Positions 18,578 through 28,600 of a DNA stretch of 64,000 bases are shown here, piece after piece. The notes beneath the pieces were generated by a model, which was not told the origin of the DNA, did not search any database, and worked only from the letters and a program-made list of their open reading frames with translations. The position numbers were made by a program, and so were the translations under genes. Numbering within the stretch: the first letter of the stretch is position 1; the number at the start of each line of letters is the position of its first letter. The stretch is from a virus: positions 53,940 to 117,939 of the IMG/VR virus record IMGVR_UViG_3300020474_002475. The stretch is one strand, 5' to 3'.

Positions 18578-19238
18578 TAATTATTTAATACTAATGCCAG
18601 AAATTACTAAAGGTATGAAATCCATAGGATCTAAAGCATTATTAAAGCTCAATAGTAAACTAACCATTTTAGAATATCAAATAAAAAGTATTAAATCTAT
18701 AAACAGAAGAAACAAAATATTTTTAGCGACAGGTTTTCAAAACAATAAAATAGTAAAACTTATTCAAAATTATAAAAATGTATACATTATCTATGAAAAA
18801 AACTATTTAAAATATAATGACACTAAACACCTAATAAACTATATGAAACATCTGAATTCTTTTGAAGATGTATTTATTATCAATAATGGCATTTTATTTA
18901 GAAATGATTGTTTTAAGTCTATAAAAAAAAATGAATCTAAAATTTTTTTACTTGATAAATCCAAAGATAACTTTAATATTGGATGTAGTAATCATGACTA
19001 TGTTTACTTATTTTATGATCTTCCAAAAAAATGGTCAGAATGTGTTTTTTTAAAAAAAGAAGCTTTACAAGAAATATTTCAACTTAACACAAATAAAAAT
19101 ATTGGTCACTATTTTTTGTTTGAAACATTAAACTGCATTAGTGAAACTGTTAATATTAATCCAATTAATACTTCGCATAGAAACATTATGAAATTAAATA
19201 GTCTATCAGATCTTCCAAAGGCGAAAAGATTTATATGA
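18570..19238 (+). CDS. sugar/choline-phosphate nucleotidyltransferase-like (LicC/GlmU-type NTP transferase fold)
   Basis: ITKGMKSIGSKALLKL...TILEYQIKSI...IFLATGF resembles GxGxR..PK.L...ile.qi....iv.Gy, partly degenerate. Confidence 0.65.
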   Translation: MSNNYLILMPEITKGMKSIGSKALLKLNSKLTILEYQIKSIKSINRRNKIFLATGFQNNKIVKLIQNYKNVYIIYEKNYLKYNDTKHLINYMKHLNSFEDVFIINNGILFRNDCFKSIKKNESKIFLLDKSKDNFNIGCSNHDYVYLFYDLPKKWSECVFLKKEALQEIFQLNTNKNIGHYFLFETLNCISETVNINPINTSHRNIMKLNSLSDLPKAKRFI

Positions 19239-19873
19239 AAATTATTATTCAGCAATCTAATTGTAAATTTATAAATAATTTAGATTCTCTACAATACCAA
19301 TCAATATCAGTGAATATTAAAAACAACATATATCAAATAGAACAGATCGAACAACCTGACGTTTATGTACTGATAGCAGAAAAACTTTCTAATGAGGAAT
19401 TACATTTTTGTAGTAATAATCCTAATAAAAAAATATTAATATATAATCAGTCGCCAAAAGACTTAGATGTTCCCAATGCTACAATAATAAGTGATACTGA
19501 ACTACCCTGTCTATATAATCCAAATAGATTTTCAGATAACAAATCAAACAAAGATATAGAATACAGTTACTTTTTAGATAACGATTCTGCTTTACCCGAA
19601 AATTTAACATACGAACTTTTGCCAAATAAAATTAACCATATTAAATTATTTAATAATAGACTAATCGACCATCCACAAAACTTAGGATTGTTGTCAGAAG
19701 ATGATAAGGCAGTAATTTTGAACAGAACTAAAAAATATATCTGCAATAATAATTTTTACGCTATCGAAGCCATAAAATGCGGATGTGAGGTTGTAGATAC
19801 TTCACTAAGCCCGATTGATGTTAATATTGATGATTGTCAAACATATTCTAATTATTTTGAAAGTTTAATATGA
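19235..19873 (+). CDS. hypothetical protein, possible glycosyltransferase fragment
   Basis: NLGLLSEDDKAVILN...YAIEAIKCGCEVV resembles a GT-B nucleotide-sugar-binding motif. Confidence 0.45.
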   Translation: MKIIIQQSNCKFINNLDSLQYQSISVNIKNNIYQIEQIEQPDVYVLIAEKLSNEELHFCSNNPNKKILIYNQSPKDLDVPNATIISDTELPCLYNPNRFSDNKSNKDIEYSYFLDNDSALPENLTYELLPNKINHIKLFNNRLIDHPQNLGLLSEDDKAVILNRTKKYICNNNFYAIEAIKCGCEVVDTSLSPIDVNIDDCQTYSNYFESLI

Positions 19874-20328
19874 AAGAAGATACCGGATTCATTTTATTAA
19901 AGATAACAAATAATACGACCAATGACGTTGTATTTAGCTCTATCTCTAAGTTTATAAAAGATAATCCTTATCAACAAATATGTATTTTCAATAGCTCCAA
20001 TGACAGAATATGTAATGAATTGGTGCCAATAGTACATTTAAATCAAGCAAAGTTTTTTAATGGGAATTTAGTAGTATTCGATACCATGTCACTCTTGTTT
20101 GCTAAAAACTTTCCAAATATAAAAACTATTTTTATGTATGCTTCAGATATATTTTGGTCAAAAAATTCTTACTCTTCATATAAAAACATTGAATCTCTTT
20201 TTAAATTAAGTAATTTAGAATTTATAGCATCAAATCAAGAAACATACGATGTATATCAAACGTGCTGGAAAAAACCTATAGGAATATGCGAGAACTTTAA
20301 TTATGAAAAACTTAAAAAACTCATATAA
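19870..20328 (+). CDS. hypothetical protein
   Basis: 152 aa ORF with ATGA coupling in the cluster. Confidence 0.6.
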   Translation: MKEDTGFILLKITNNTTNDVVFSSISKFIKDNPYQQICIFNSSNDRICNELVPIVHLNQAKFFNGNLVVFDTMSLLFAKNFPNIKTIFMYASDIFWSKNSYSSYKNIESLFKLSNLEFIASNQETYDVYQTCWKKPIGICENFNYEKLKKLI

Positions 20329-21106
20329 CAAACTAAATGAAAAAGAAAAAATAGATATTATTAATCTTTATTATATAAAAAAAGAAAAAAGTTTTGATGA
20401 AATTTCTGAAATGTATAATACTTATCCTAATAGACTAAGAAGAGATGCAAAAAAATTTAATATACCTATTAGAAGTCGAAGCCAAGCACAAAAAAACGCT
20501 TTGAAAAAAGGCAGAACAACACATCCTACAAAAGGGATGTCCAGATCAATAGAGACTAAACAAAAAATAGGTATGGCTGTTTTACAAAATTGGCAAAATA
20601 TGGATGAAAAGAAATTAAAACAAATTAAACAAAAACAAAAAGAAATATGGAATAGTAAGTCAGAAGAAGAAAAAGCCAATTTACAACAAGCTGCTAATAA
20701 TGCAATTAGACTATCTAGTAAAGTAGGATCAAAATTAGAAAAGTTTCTTTTATCAGGGCTGATAGAAAATAATATAGATACTAAGTTTCACTATGAACAA
20801 ACTTTAGTAAATACTAGATTGCAAATAGACCTGTACATACCTAGTATAAATTTGGCAATAGAAGTTGATGGCCCTTCCCACTTTGATCCTGTGTGGGGAC
20901 AAGAGACATTACAAAAGACTAAAACCTATGATGACAAAAAACAAGGACTAATAATTGGTAAAGGTATGAAGCTAGTTAGAATTAAACAGAAGATGGACTT
21001 TTCTATGTCTAGATCTAGATTAATTTTGGATAAATTATTATTCTTGGTGGATCAGATATCAAACAATTTAACGAACGAAGAATTTTACGAAATAAAGGAT
21101 ATTTAA
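20303..21106 (+). CDS. NUMOD3 + DUF559-type endonuclease (free-standing homing-endonuclease-like)
   Basis: HPTKGMSRSIETKQKIG (NUMOD3-like); IDLYIPSINLAIEVDGPSH...DDKK...LVRI. Confidence 0.75.
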   Translation: MKNLKNSYNKLNEKEKIDIINLYYIKKEKSFDEISEMYNTYPNRLRRDAKKFNIPIRSRSQAQKNALKKGRTTHPTKGMSRSIETKQKIGMAVLQNWQNMDEKKLKQIKQKQKEIWNSKSEEEKANLQQAANNAIRLSSKVGSKLEKFLLSGLIENNIDTKFHYEQTLVNTRLQIDLYIPSINLAIEVDGPSHFDPVWGQETLQKTKTYDDKKQGLIIGKGMKLVRIKQKMDFSMSRSRLILDKLLFLVDQISNNLTNEEFYEIKDI

Positions 21107-21784
21107 ATGGCTAAAAAACAAGCAGTTCCATCACCAAAAGATATTGAATGGAATGATTATGTTTTAGGTTTGCTAGAAGATGAAGAGAAAATATCAGATA
21201 ATCCTACCACAGATGGTCTTAGGAGGATTTTTGAAATTGCACTAAATTGTACAGTTATCGAGGCAACATCGGAAGTATGTCAGTCTCCAGATCCAGCAAA
21301 TGGCAATAGAGCTACTGTGGTACATAATCTAGTCTATATTTTAAATGACCCTAAGGTTGATGGGGATTTTAAAAAAATCACCGTAAATGGAGCAGCAGAC
21401 GTCTATTGGGGCAATTGTGACAAGATATATAGAAACCATCCGGTTGCTGTAGCTGAGACAAGAGCTGAAGGTAGAGCTTTGCGTAGAGGACTAAAACTCA
21501 GAAAGGTCGTAGCAGCTGAAGAATTAGCTAAAGAGGTTGAAGATATAGATGGTAGTAATGTAGGAAAAATTACTAATAATCAGATTAATTTCATTGACGT
21601 ACTTGCAAAAAGACTTAATATAAATGTAACTAAAATGCTAGAACTAGAAAATATAGAATCAAAAAATATCTATATTATCGACCATTCACATGCTGTTAAA
21701 GTTATTAGACAATTATCTACTTATCAACAAAATGTAGACAATATACCAGAAACTATATTAGATTATACCTCGGAGTGGAAATAA
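21107..21784 (+). CDS. Rad52/Sak-like single-strand annealing protein (putative)
   Basis: GAAD...HPVAVAETRAEGRALRRGL and C-terminal ITNNQINFI motif. Confidence 0.55.
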   Translation: MAKKQAVPSPKDIEWNDYVLGLLEDEEKISDNPTTDGLRRIFEIALNCTVIEATSEVCQSPDPANGNRATVVHNLVYILNDPKVDGDFKKITVNGAADVYWGNCDKIYRNHPVAVAETRAEGRALRRGLKLRKVVAAEELAKEVEDIDGSNVGKITNNQINFIDVLAKRLNINVTKMLELENIESKNIYIIDHSHAVKVIRQLSTYQQNVDNIPETILDYTSEWK

Positions 21785-21789
21785 ATATT

Positions 21790-22110
21790 ATGAAAGCAAA
21801 GTATAAAGTAGGCGACAAGCTGGAGTTTGAATTAGATGGAGCTGGACAAAAAGAGCTTTTCAAAGAAATAGCAAATATCCAAGAAATTTTTGGAGAAGCT
21901 AAATGCGGAGTATGTGGATCTGAAAATATTAAATTCGTAGTTAGAGTAGTAGATGACAATGAATATTACGAATTAAGATGCATGGACTGCGGAGCTCTGC
22001 TTTCCTTTGGTCAACATAAAAAGGGCGGCACTCTCTTCCCTAAGAGAAAAGATGCTGATGGCAACTATATGAAAAATAATGGCTGGTACAAATACACTGG
22101 TAAAAAATAA
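21790..22110 (+). CDS. zinc-ribbon hypothetical protein
   Basis: CGVCG...CMDCG; last gene of the + arm. Confidence 0.7.
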   Translation: MKAKYKVGDKLEFELDGAGQKELFKEIANIQEIFGEAKCGVCGSENIKFVVRVVDDNEYYELRCMDCGALLSFGQHKKGGTLFPKRKDADGNYMKNNGWYKYTGKK

Positions 22111-22116
22111 ATTTAG

Positions 22117-24426
22117 TTACGCAGAATTTGGGTCTATACCAGAATAAATTGGCTGAAAATCGCCTTCGCCAGTAATTGTATTATCTTTTGAGTAGTAGCC
22201 TATATCTACAAGGTTTGCTACAGTGACATTAGATAGTATGGAATTTTTTCTATATGTTGTATTCATAATATCTTTAATGCCGACATAAGGAGTGTCAACA
22301 CTACAATTTAATGGTGTAAAGCATTCTCCGTCTGTTAAATAATTGTCTTCCCAAAAACTTGGAACATCATTAAAGTTGTTAGTGCTAGTAACGCCACTTG
22401 TCTGTTCTATAGGAATATATTTTCTGGTATATCCACCAGTAACACCATGCGCTACTCTATTATATTCAATGCTTGTCTTACTATAAAAAGCTTGATCTAA
22501 GAAATAATTTGATACTACATTATTATCTCTACTCCATGATGTACTGCCAAAGCCAAGAGCCTGTCCTAATGCGCGAGTAAAAACGTTAACCCAATCTGCT
22601 CTAGAATAAGTAGGGTTTGCGGTACTTCGGTATCCATATCTTCTATTGATGAAAAGATTAAATGACGTAGGGATTCTAAGAGAATCAATTGTAGCAAACT
22701 GTCTGCATTCTTGATCAACGTCCCTAGCTTTAATGCTATTTCCAAAAGCTGCTTTTTCTAATTTTAAACCTTTCCAGCTGGTTCGAAAATTTACACTACT
22801 TTCATACTGAAGCTTGCACGCTTCATATCTTGACTTATCTTTTACTTCATATCTGTAGCCATCATGAGCATCTGTATCCGTTACTTTGTGAAACTCAACC
22901 AAGCTTAGATGTTTATCCCATCTGTCGGCAGCTTCATTTAAAATACCAATCCAGTATTGATCATTAAGGATATCAAAACTATGTCTGTCAAATAAACTTA
23001 CGTCGGTAAGATTTATATATGGGCCATTACTATATCTATCTATATATGCTATTCTGGAAGGAAGAACATTAGTTCTAGTGGCATGTTTTCTGTATACATT
23101 AACTCCACCTTCTTTACCATAATATGCTGCTTTATACCATTCGTTTTCATTCGGTATAAAATATCTAGCAAAATCTGTTCTTGTTAGAGTCTGTAAAGGA
23201 TTACTTAAATCATAAGCTCCTTTATTAGTATTCGTTGTGTCGGTAGAGGTGCATCTATTATGCAACCAATTGGAATATCGTGCTGCTTGAAGCCATGTAA
23301 TACCAACAACAGGTTTGTTGTCTTGGTTTACTACAGGAATATACTTATACTCTATTACTTTTCCGCTATACGTTCTGCCAGTTGCTTCCCTTACAATACC
23401 GTGGCTCATATTAAGCTGTTTCCTATTACTCGCTGGCGTATAATATACTTCAGAATCGTTAGCATATTTAGCAACCTCGTTTAAATATGCACAATATTCA
23501 CTATTAGTAACAACATATTTGCCAATATAGTAATTGTAATTAACACGACCATATCCTGGTGAAAAACCATCAGGATTATTACCGCTAGAATCAATTAAAA
23601 CCATATTTTTTAAATTCAATGTATTGTCATCTGAAACTGTAATAGATAGACCAGTGCCTCCAGCTATTGGAGCTGCGTCCACAACTACTCTGTTATATGC
23701 TACCCCACTAATGGTTGTATAACTAGTAGACAAAGTTTGTACTTTAGTATTATCTTTGAATAATGTAGAATTTTTAATGTCCATCCCAGGTGCAACTGTG
23801 ATTTCACCCAATGATATTTGACCGGATGGAATATTGACTGTGGTATTACCGCTAGTCATTAATACTCCTGTAAGATTAAATACTCTAGATGCTGCAGCCA
23901 GCCTAAAGCCTACAGAATCTGATGGAGAATTAGGAACTGAATACTGTAACGGTGATTCTTTATTTATGTCTCCACTACTAGAAACATAAGAACCTCCTCT
24001 ATTAGAATTACCATAGCCAAAATTTTGACTTGGAGGAATAAAGACGGGTGTTACTGTAGGAGGTCTGATAGGTTGGTCTGGTGGTGGCGGAGGACCTACA
24101 GGCACTCCAGAAGCAAAATTAAATTGACGTTCTATTGGGGCGTCAGATACTTGACGGTTTGCCGGAATAAAAATCTCAGACCCTGTAGGAGTAACAATAG
24201 GTTTAAAAGTATCATTAGCTGAAAACAATACCTTTTTTTCTATATGTTCAGAAACCCCACCTGTTTGATCGTATGTACCAAAAAATGAAGGAGATCCGTT
24301 TGTTCCGACACTAGTGATCAAAATGTTCGATGAATATGGGCCTGGAGCGCCCGTAGCATCACGCAAACCCGAAGGAAAAGGAGATGTAGGGTGACCATAA
24401 TTAGCAGTATTAATATTGTAGCTCAT
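22117..24426 (-). CDS. virion-type protein: circularly permuted FGE-sulfatase domain + inactive M8-like metalloprotease domain
   Basis: GTYDQTGGVSE..RGGSY..VGFRLA precede IGKYVVTNSEY..KPVVGITWLQAARYSNWL..EWYKAAYY; C-terminal TRALGQALGFG...LVDIGY. Confidence 0.75.
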   Translation of the reverse strand: MSYNINTANYGHPTSPFPSGLRDATGAPGPYSSNILITSVGTNGSPSFFGTYDQTGGVSEHIEKKVLFSANDTFKPIVTPTGSEIFIPANRQVSDAPIERQFNFASGVPVGPPPPPDQPIRPPTVTPVFIPPSQNFGYGNSNRGGSYVSSSGDINKESPLQYSVPNSPSDSVGFRLAAASRVFNLTGVLMTSGNTTVNIPSGQISLGEITVAPGMDIKNSTLFKDNTKVQTLSTSYTTISGVAYNRVVVDAAPIAGGTGLSITVSDDNTLNLKNMVLIDSSGNNPDGFSPGYGRVNYNYYIGKYVVTNSEYCAYLNEVAKYANDSEVYYTPASNRKQLNMSHGIVREATGRTYSGKVIEYKYIPVVNQDNKPVVGITWLQAARYSNWLHNRCTSTDTTNTNKGAYDLSNPLQTLTRTDFARYFIPNENEWYKAAYYGKEGGVNVYRKHATRTNVLPSRIAYIDRYSNGPYINLTDVSLFDRHSFDILNDQYWIGILNEAADRWDKHLSLVEFHKVTDTDAHDGYRYEVKDKSRYEACKLQYESSVNFRTSWKGLKLEKAAFGNSIKARDVDQECRQFATIDSLRIPTSFNLFINRRYGYRSTANPTYSRADWVNVFTRALGQALGFGSTSWSRDNNVVSNYFLDQAFYSKTSIEYNRVAHGVTGGYTRKYIPIEQTSGVTSTNNFNDVPSFWEDNYLTDGECFTPLNCSVDTPYVGIKDIMNTTYRKNSILSNVTVANLVDIGYYSKDNTITGEGDFQPIYSGIDPNSA

Positions 24427-24445
24427 CTAATGTCTCTCTTTATGG

Positions 24446-25234
24446 CTAAGAAGTGGTAGGTGTCAAAGTTGGTGTAACGCTTGGGGTTATACTTGGCGTT
24501 ACGCTAATTGTTGGCGTTAGAGTTGGAGTCACACTAATTGTAGGAGTAATTGATGGTGTTATACTAGGAGTGGGTGTAGGAGTAGTAGTCGCTGTAGGCG
24601 TAGCGGCTATGTATCCAAGACTTCTAGAGGTTGGAGTGACAGTAGGCGTTGGGGCAGGAGTGCTGGTAGGCGTTGCTGTCACAGGGACTAGTGTAGGCTG
24701 AATCTTACACTCGGTGTCTGTACAGGTTAAAGTGTATGAATGTGAACTAGAAACATCGGAAGATATAAATACTACAACTTTATTTGCATTGACAGGTTTA
24801 CATAAAGTTACGGTAGCGCTTCCAGATCTCATTCCCGTATCAAATATAATTTCATCTTTATGTCCTGGAATACCAGACTTTTCAGTTCTGGCCACTACTA
24901 CAAATCGGCTAGCAATAGAATATGCATTATATGCAAATGTAAGCTCTATTGCATCATCACTAACTTCATACTGATCTCCGTAGATTTTATATTCAGGATT
25001 AGTTCTTGTTACTGTTTGTCCGCATACTTGAGTAGAAGTTCTAGGATAGTTGTTTACATTATCGTCTTCTGCATCATCTTCTACCGGAATTCCCAGCATA
25101 TGTGCAAGAACTTGGACAAAATCGCCTACTGTTATTTTTCTTGTCTCACTAGTGTTTTTGTCTACTAATATTAATAAATCTTCATTAGAAACATCTAAAG
25201 TTTCAGCAATCGACAACTCTGAAATTTTTGGCAT
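24446..25234 (-). CDS. putative tail-fibre/adaptor protein with Thr/Pro tail
   Basis: N-terminal KISEL...DLLILVD...TRKIT motif common in phage fibre proteins; TP-rich C-terminus. Confidence 0.6.
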   Translation of the reverse strand: MPKISELSIAETLDVSNEDLLILVDKNTSETRKITVGDFVQVLAHMLGIPVEDDAEDDNVNNYPRTSTQVCGQTVTRTNPEYKIYGDQYEVSDDAIELTFAYNAYSIASRFVVVARTEKSGIPGHKDEIIFDTGMRSGSATVTLCKPVNANKVVVFISSDVSSSHSYTLTCTDTECKIQPTLVPVTATPTSTPAPTPTVTPTSRSLGYIAATPTATTTPTPTPSITPSITPTISVTPTLTPTISVTPSITPSVTPTLTPTTS

Positions 25235-25260
25235 GACTTATCCTGTTTTATTAGAGTAAT

Positions 25261-25277
25261 TATTTAATATATACACC
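25261..25277 (-). promoter_or_regulatory. putative late promoter motif
   Basis: GGTGTATATATTAAATA on the - strand at the upstream stop; the motif recurs at other intergenic sites. Confidence 0.5.
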
Positions 25278-25648
25278 TACCATTTATTTATAGGACATTT
25301 TTGGTCTGCCCAAGCCAATTTGCTTATATAGTTTTTACCTTGTTTTAAGGGGCAGCCACAAAGTTTACAGCTGTGATTATGGAAATTCTCGCATTTTACG
25401 CAAATGTCGTATCTCTTGGATATGGTTTCTTCATCACACATTGGTGCTCCAAGAGCTATATGATCAAATGTGGCCAAAGCAAAATTTTTAATTTTTTTAA
25501 TAAAATTGCTCATTGTGCTATCTTTAGATATTGATGTGGTGCATAGATAGACAGGTTCAGATAACTGATATTCTTTAAATAGTAATTCTGTATTACAATT
25601 TTTACACTTAAAATGCATACCGTCATATGTAATAAAATCACATCTCAT
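25277..25648 (-). CDS. small Cys-rich protein (DUF6171-like)
   Basis: RYDICVKC...CKLCGC...KLAWADQKCPINKW; start moved to MRCDF (25648) to avoid overlap. Confidence 0.7.
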   Translation of the reverse strand: MRCDFITYDGMHFKCKNCNTELLFKEYQLSEPVYLCTTSISKDSTMSNFIKKIKNFALATFDHIALGAPMCDEETISKRYDICVKCENFHNHSCKLCGCPLKQGKNYISKLAWADQKCPINKW

Positions 25649-25652
25649 TTTA

Positions 25653-28600
25653 TTAATCCTCAACCTCATAACCTGGATCATATTCATACGGTATCCATTC
25701 AAAAGGGTCTTTGCTTTCATCCAAATCGTCTATATGCTCTAGATTATCCTTGCTTCCAAAATATGATCTAATAATCATTTCATTTTTAATTTTAAAATAA
25801 TCAGGAACCGGCACGTGCTTAAGTTGATTGGTGTCTATACAATGCCACAAAGCCAATACGTTGCTAAATGGCCCTCCGGGGCCGATACTGGGCAAAACTT
25901 TTTCTAAATTTCCATTATAGTCTGCACCATATCTTTCATAGTGAGTATCCAATTTTCTAAGTTTCCTAGGTATAACCTTACTTCTACAAACAAGGTTATC
26001 AGACTCTAATACGGATTCGGGTATGATATCTTTTACTTTTCCTTGATACTCTTGGTATGCTTTACGATAAAGTCTGTTGCCGTCACTATCTCTTTTTTCT
26101 CCTGCATAGTTGTCAAAAAAGTCTTCGTTAGGCACTAAATACTTCTCAGTAACTTCTACTAAAATGTCTGATCGATTTGTATCTGGTCTAATAAAGAAGG
26201 ATCTAGTTGCTGTACCTCCACCATCAGCCATTCTAGGTCCAGGAAATGTAATTTCTTCCCATTGATTAGCTCCTATTCCGTATTTAGCATTGTAATCTAC
26301 TTTTTGTCTAGCTATCTCATTTAATTGAACCTCATATGTAAAAACATTACCTGCATTATCGAATATAATTTCTGGAGATTGAAACCCTCTTGCTTGACTA
26401 GGACAAACATTCTGAGCATCTTGATCTAAAACAGGTATAACCCCCAGATCTCCCGCAACTACTGCTGTTGTTGGAAAACAGGTATATTTGGCTTCTACTA
26501 AAATTTTTATACTGCTATCTTTGGATGTTTTGCACTTTTGGTGCGGATCTATATTAATCCAATAAGATGGAATATCTGTATTTGCATATGATATTATTTT
26601 TATGGGTTCAAAATTATCTGTAGAGTTAAATATAATGGTGCCATGATATCGAATATCTGCATTTCCATATGGAGTATATATTACATTATAAGTTTCCGGT
26701 TCATATATAATACCTACAGTATCTAATATATTTAGTAGCTGATTTCTTTCATTTGTTAAATTAGATAATTCATTTCTCGCATTAAACTTTTGACATTTTT
26801 TAGCCCTATTAGCCACAACATAATCACTAGCAGAAAAACATGCAGCAGCATCTTCAGGAAGAGTATTAACTAATCTTTTCAAAAATGCTATGCTCATATT
26901 TTTATATAAAGTATCTTCATCAAATTCAGCATCTTGTTGATCCAAAAATTTTAATCTGGACAAAATAAATTGAGACGCATCGTTTCCAAAAGAGACTGGA
27001 GTCACGGATTGTTTTCCTATAGCAACTCCTAAATTGTAAGCATAAGAAAATTCATAGTCACCCTCTACACACAGATATCCATTATTATCAATATCTTTAA
27101 AATCTGAATTATTAAGCTCTACTATATTAGGACTATCGGGACCATTGTTGTGTACATTATTTAACAGATGTTCGAAATTATTAGGCCCAACAGTATCACG
27201 AGTAACTGGAACTTCAAGTTTTTCAGATCTATTGTTACTAATATTTTCCCAAGGTGAACCTCCATGTCCTTGAGGTGTGTTAAATACACTACTATCGTTA
27301 TTATCTTTAGTGCTATATATATAATCTGATGAAAGTCTGTCTTTTGGATCAAGAATGTTATAAATATTGTAGGAATAACCAGCAGTTAGAGAATGAGTTG
27401 GTCCATTTGCCATTCCTTGCAAAACAGTACCTTGTTCTTTTTTACTGTTATTTACGATATCTGAACCACCTAAATTATATGCAAAGTTTCTATCAGCTTT
27501 TCTTGTCTCAATCCTATCAGCATATTTGCTGGATGCAGAAAATAGTGTGATTCTATTATTGGGTTTTACATTACATTCTTGATTATTAAAAATGTCGAAA
27601 ATAGTAGGAACATCATTAACTTGCAATTGATTAGAATAGGTTGTAGAATTTATAACGGGTGTTGCAGAACCATAGGCCCCTTTAGGGAAAAGAGTATTAC
27701 CGGGAGGAGTAGCTGGATTTCTAGAATTGTAATGATCAGATTCTTTATCTGACCATATAATAATATTAAAATCTTCTTCAGGTTTGAGTATTATTTCTTG
27801 TCCAGCACCAGGTCTGTTTGTCACAAATTCTAATACCGTATATTCTTTCTTATCCTTTAATATTTTACCTCTAGCCTTTACAATATATTCATCTCCAGAT
27901 AGTGTTTGCACCGTATTGCCAACTTGAAAATAATTGTATGCTCTAGTACCTGCTATTAAACACATATTATTAAGCCTTCTAAGATCTAATGATAGTACAT
28001 TGTTTTGACACAAAACAGGTAAAGGAATATTTGTATTATTTAATAATTCCCAACCTTCTTGTTTTGCAACATATAGGTTATCATTAAAATCTACCAACCC
28101 TCCTTCAGCAGGCAGTTTGTTAATAATCAAACCCTCTGAATTAACTATATTTAAAGACTGTTCTTCTATAGCTCCCATGCCAGAAAAAACATTACCTGTA
28201 AATAAATCTTGTAATTTTCTAACCTCTTCTACCACTGGAAAAACACTTAATTCTGGTATAGTATTTGTTTTAACATATTTTCTAATTTTGCGTTTAAGCA
28301 ATGGTGTGTTACTATATTTATATATAGCAGCTTCTACATCGTACACAAAAGGTCCGTTTGCACCTACTTGTAATAATATTTTATCATGACCACCAAAGCC
28401 TCTTTTAGTATAAACACTTCTGACAAATGCCTCCTTAAGTGCTGCTGCTACTCTTGCTCTTTTAATACTGCTTAAGAATCTTGTAATACCAGCCATAGCA
28501 GATAAAAATGCGCCAAAACCTACACTCAAACCAATAATACCACCCAAAGCTCCCACAGTTAAAGCCGCCAATCCCAAAGCTATAAGCTCTGATGGAAATC

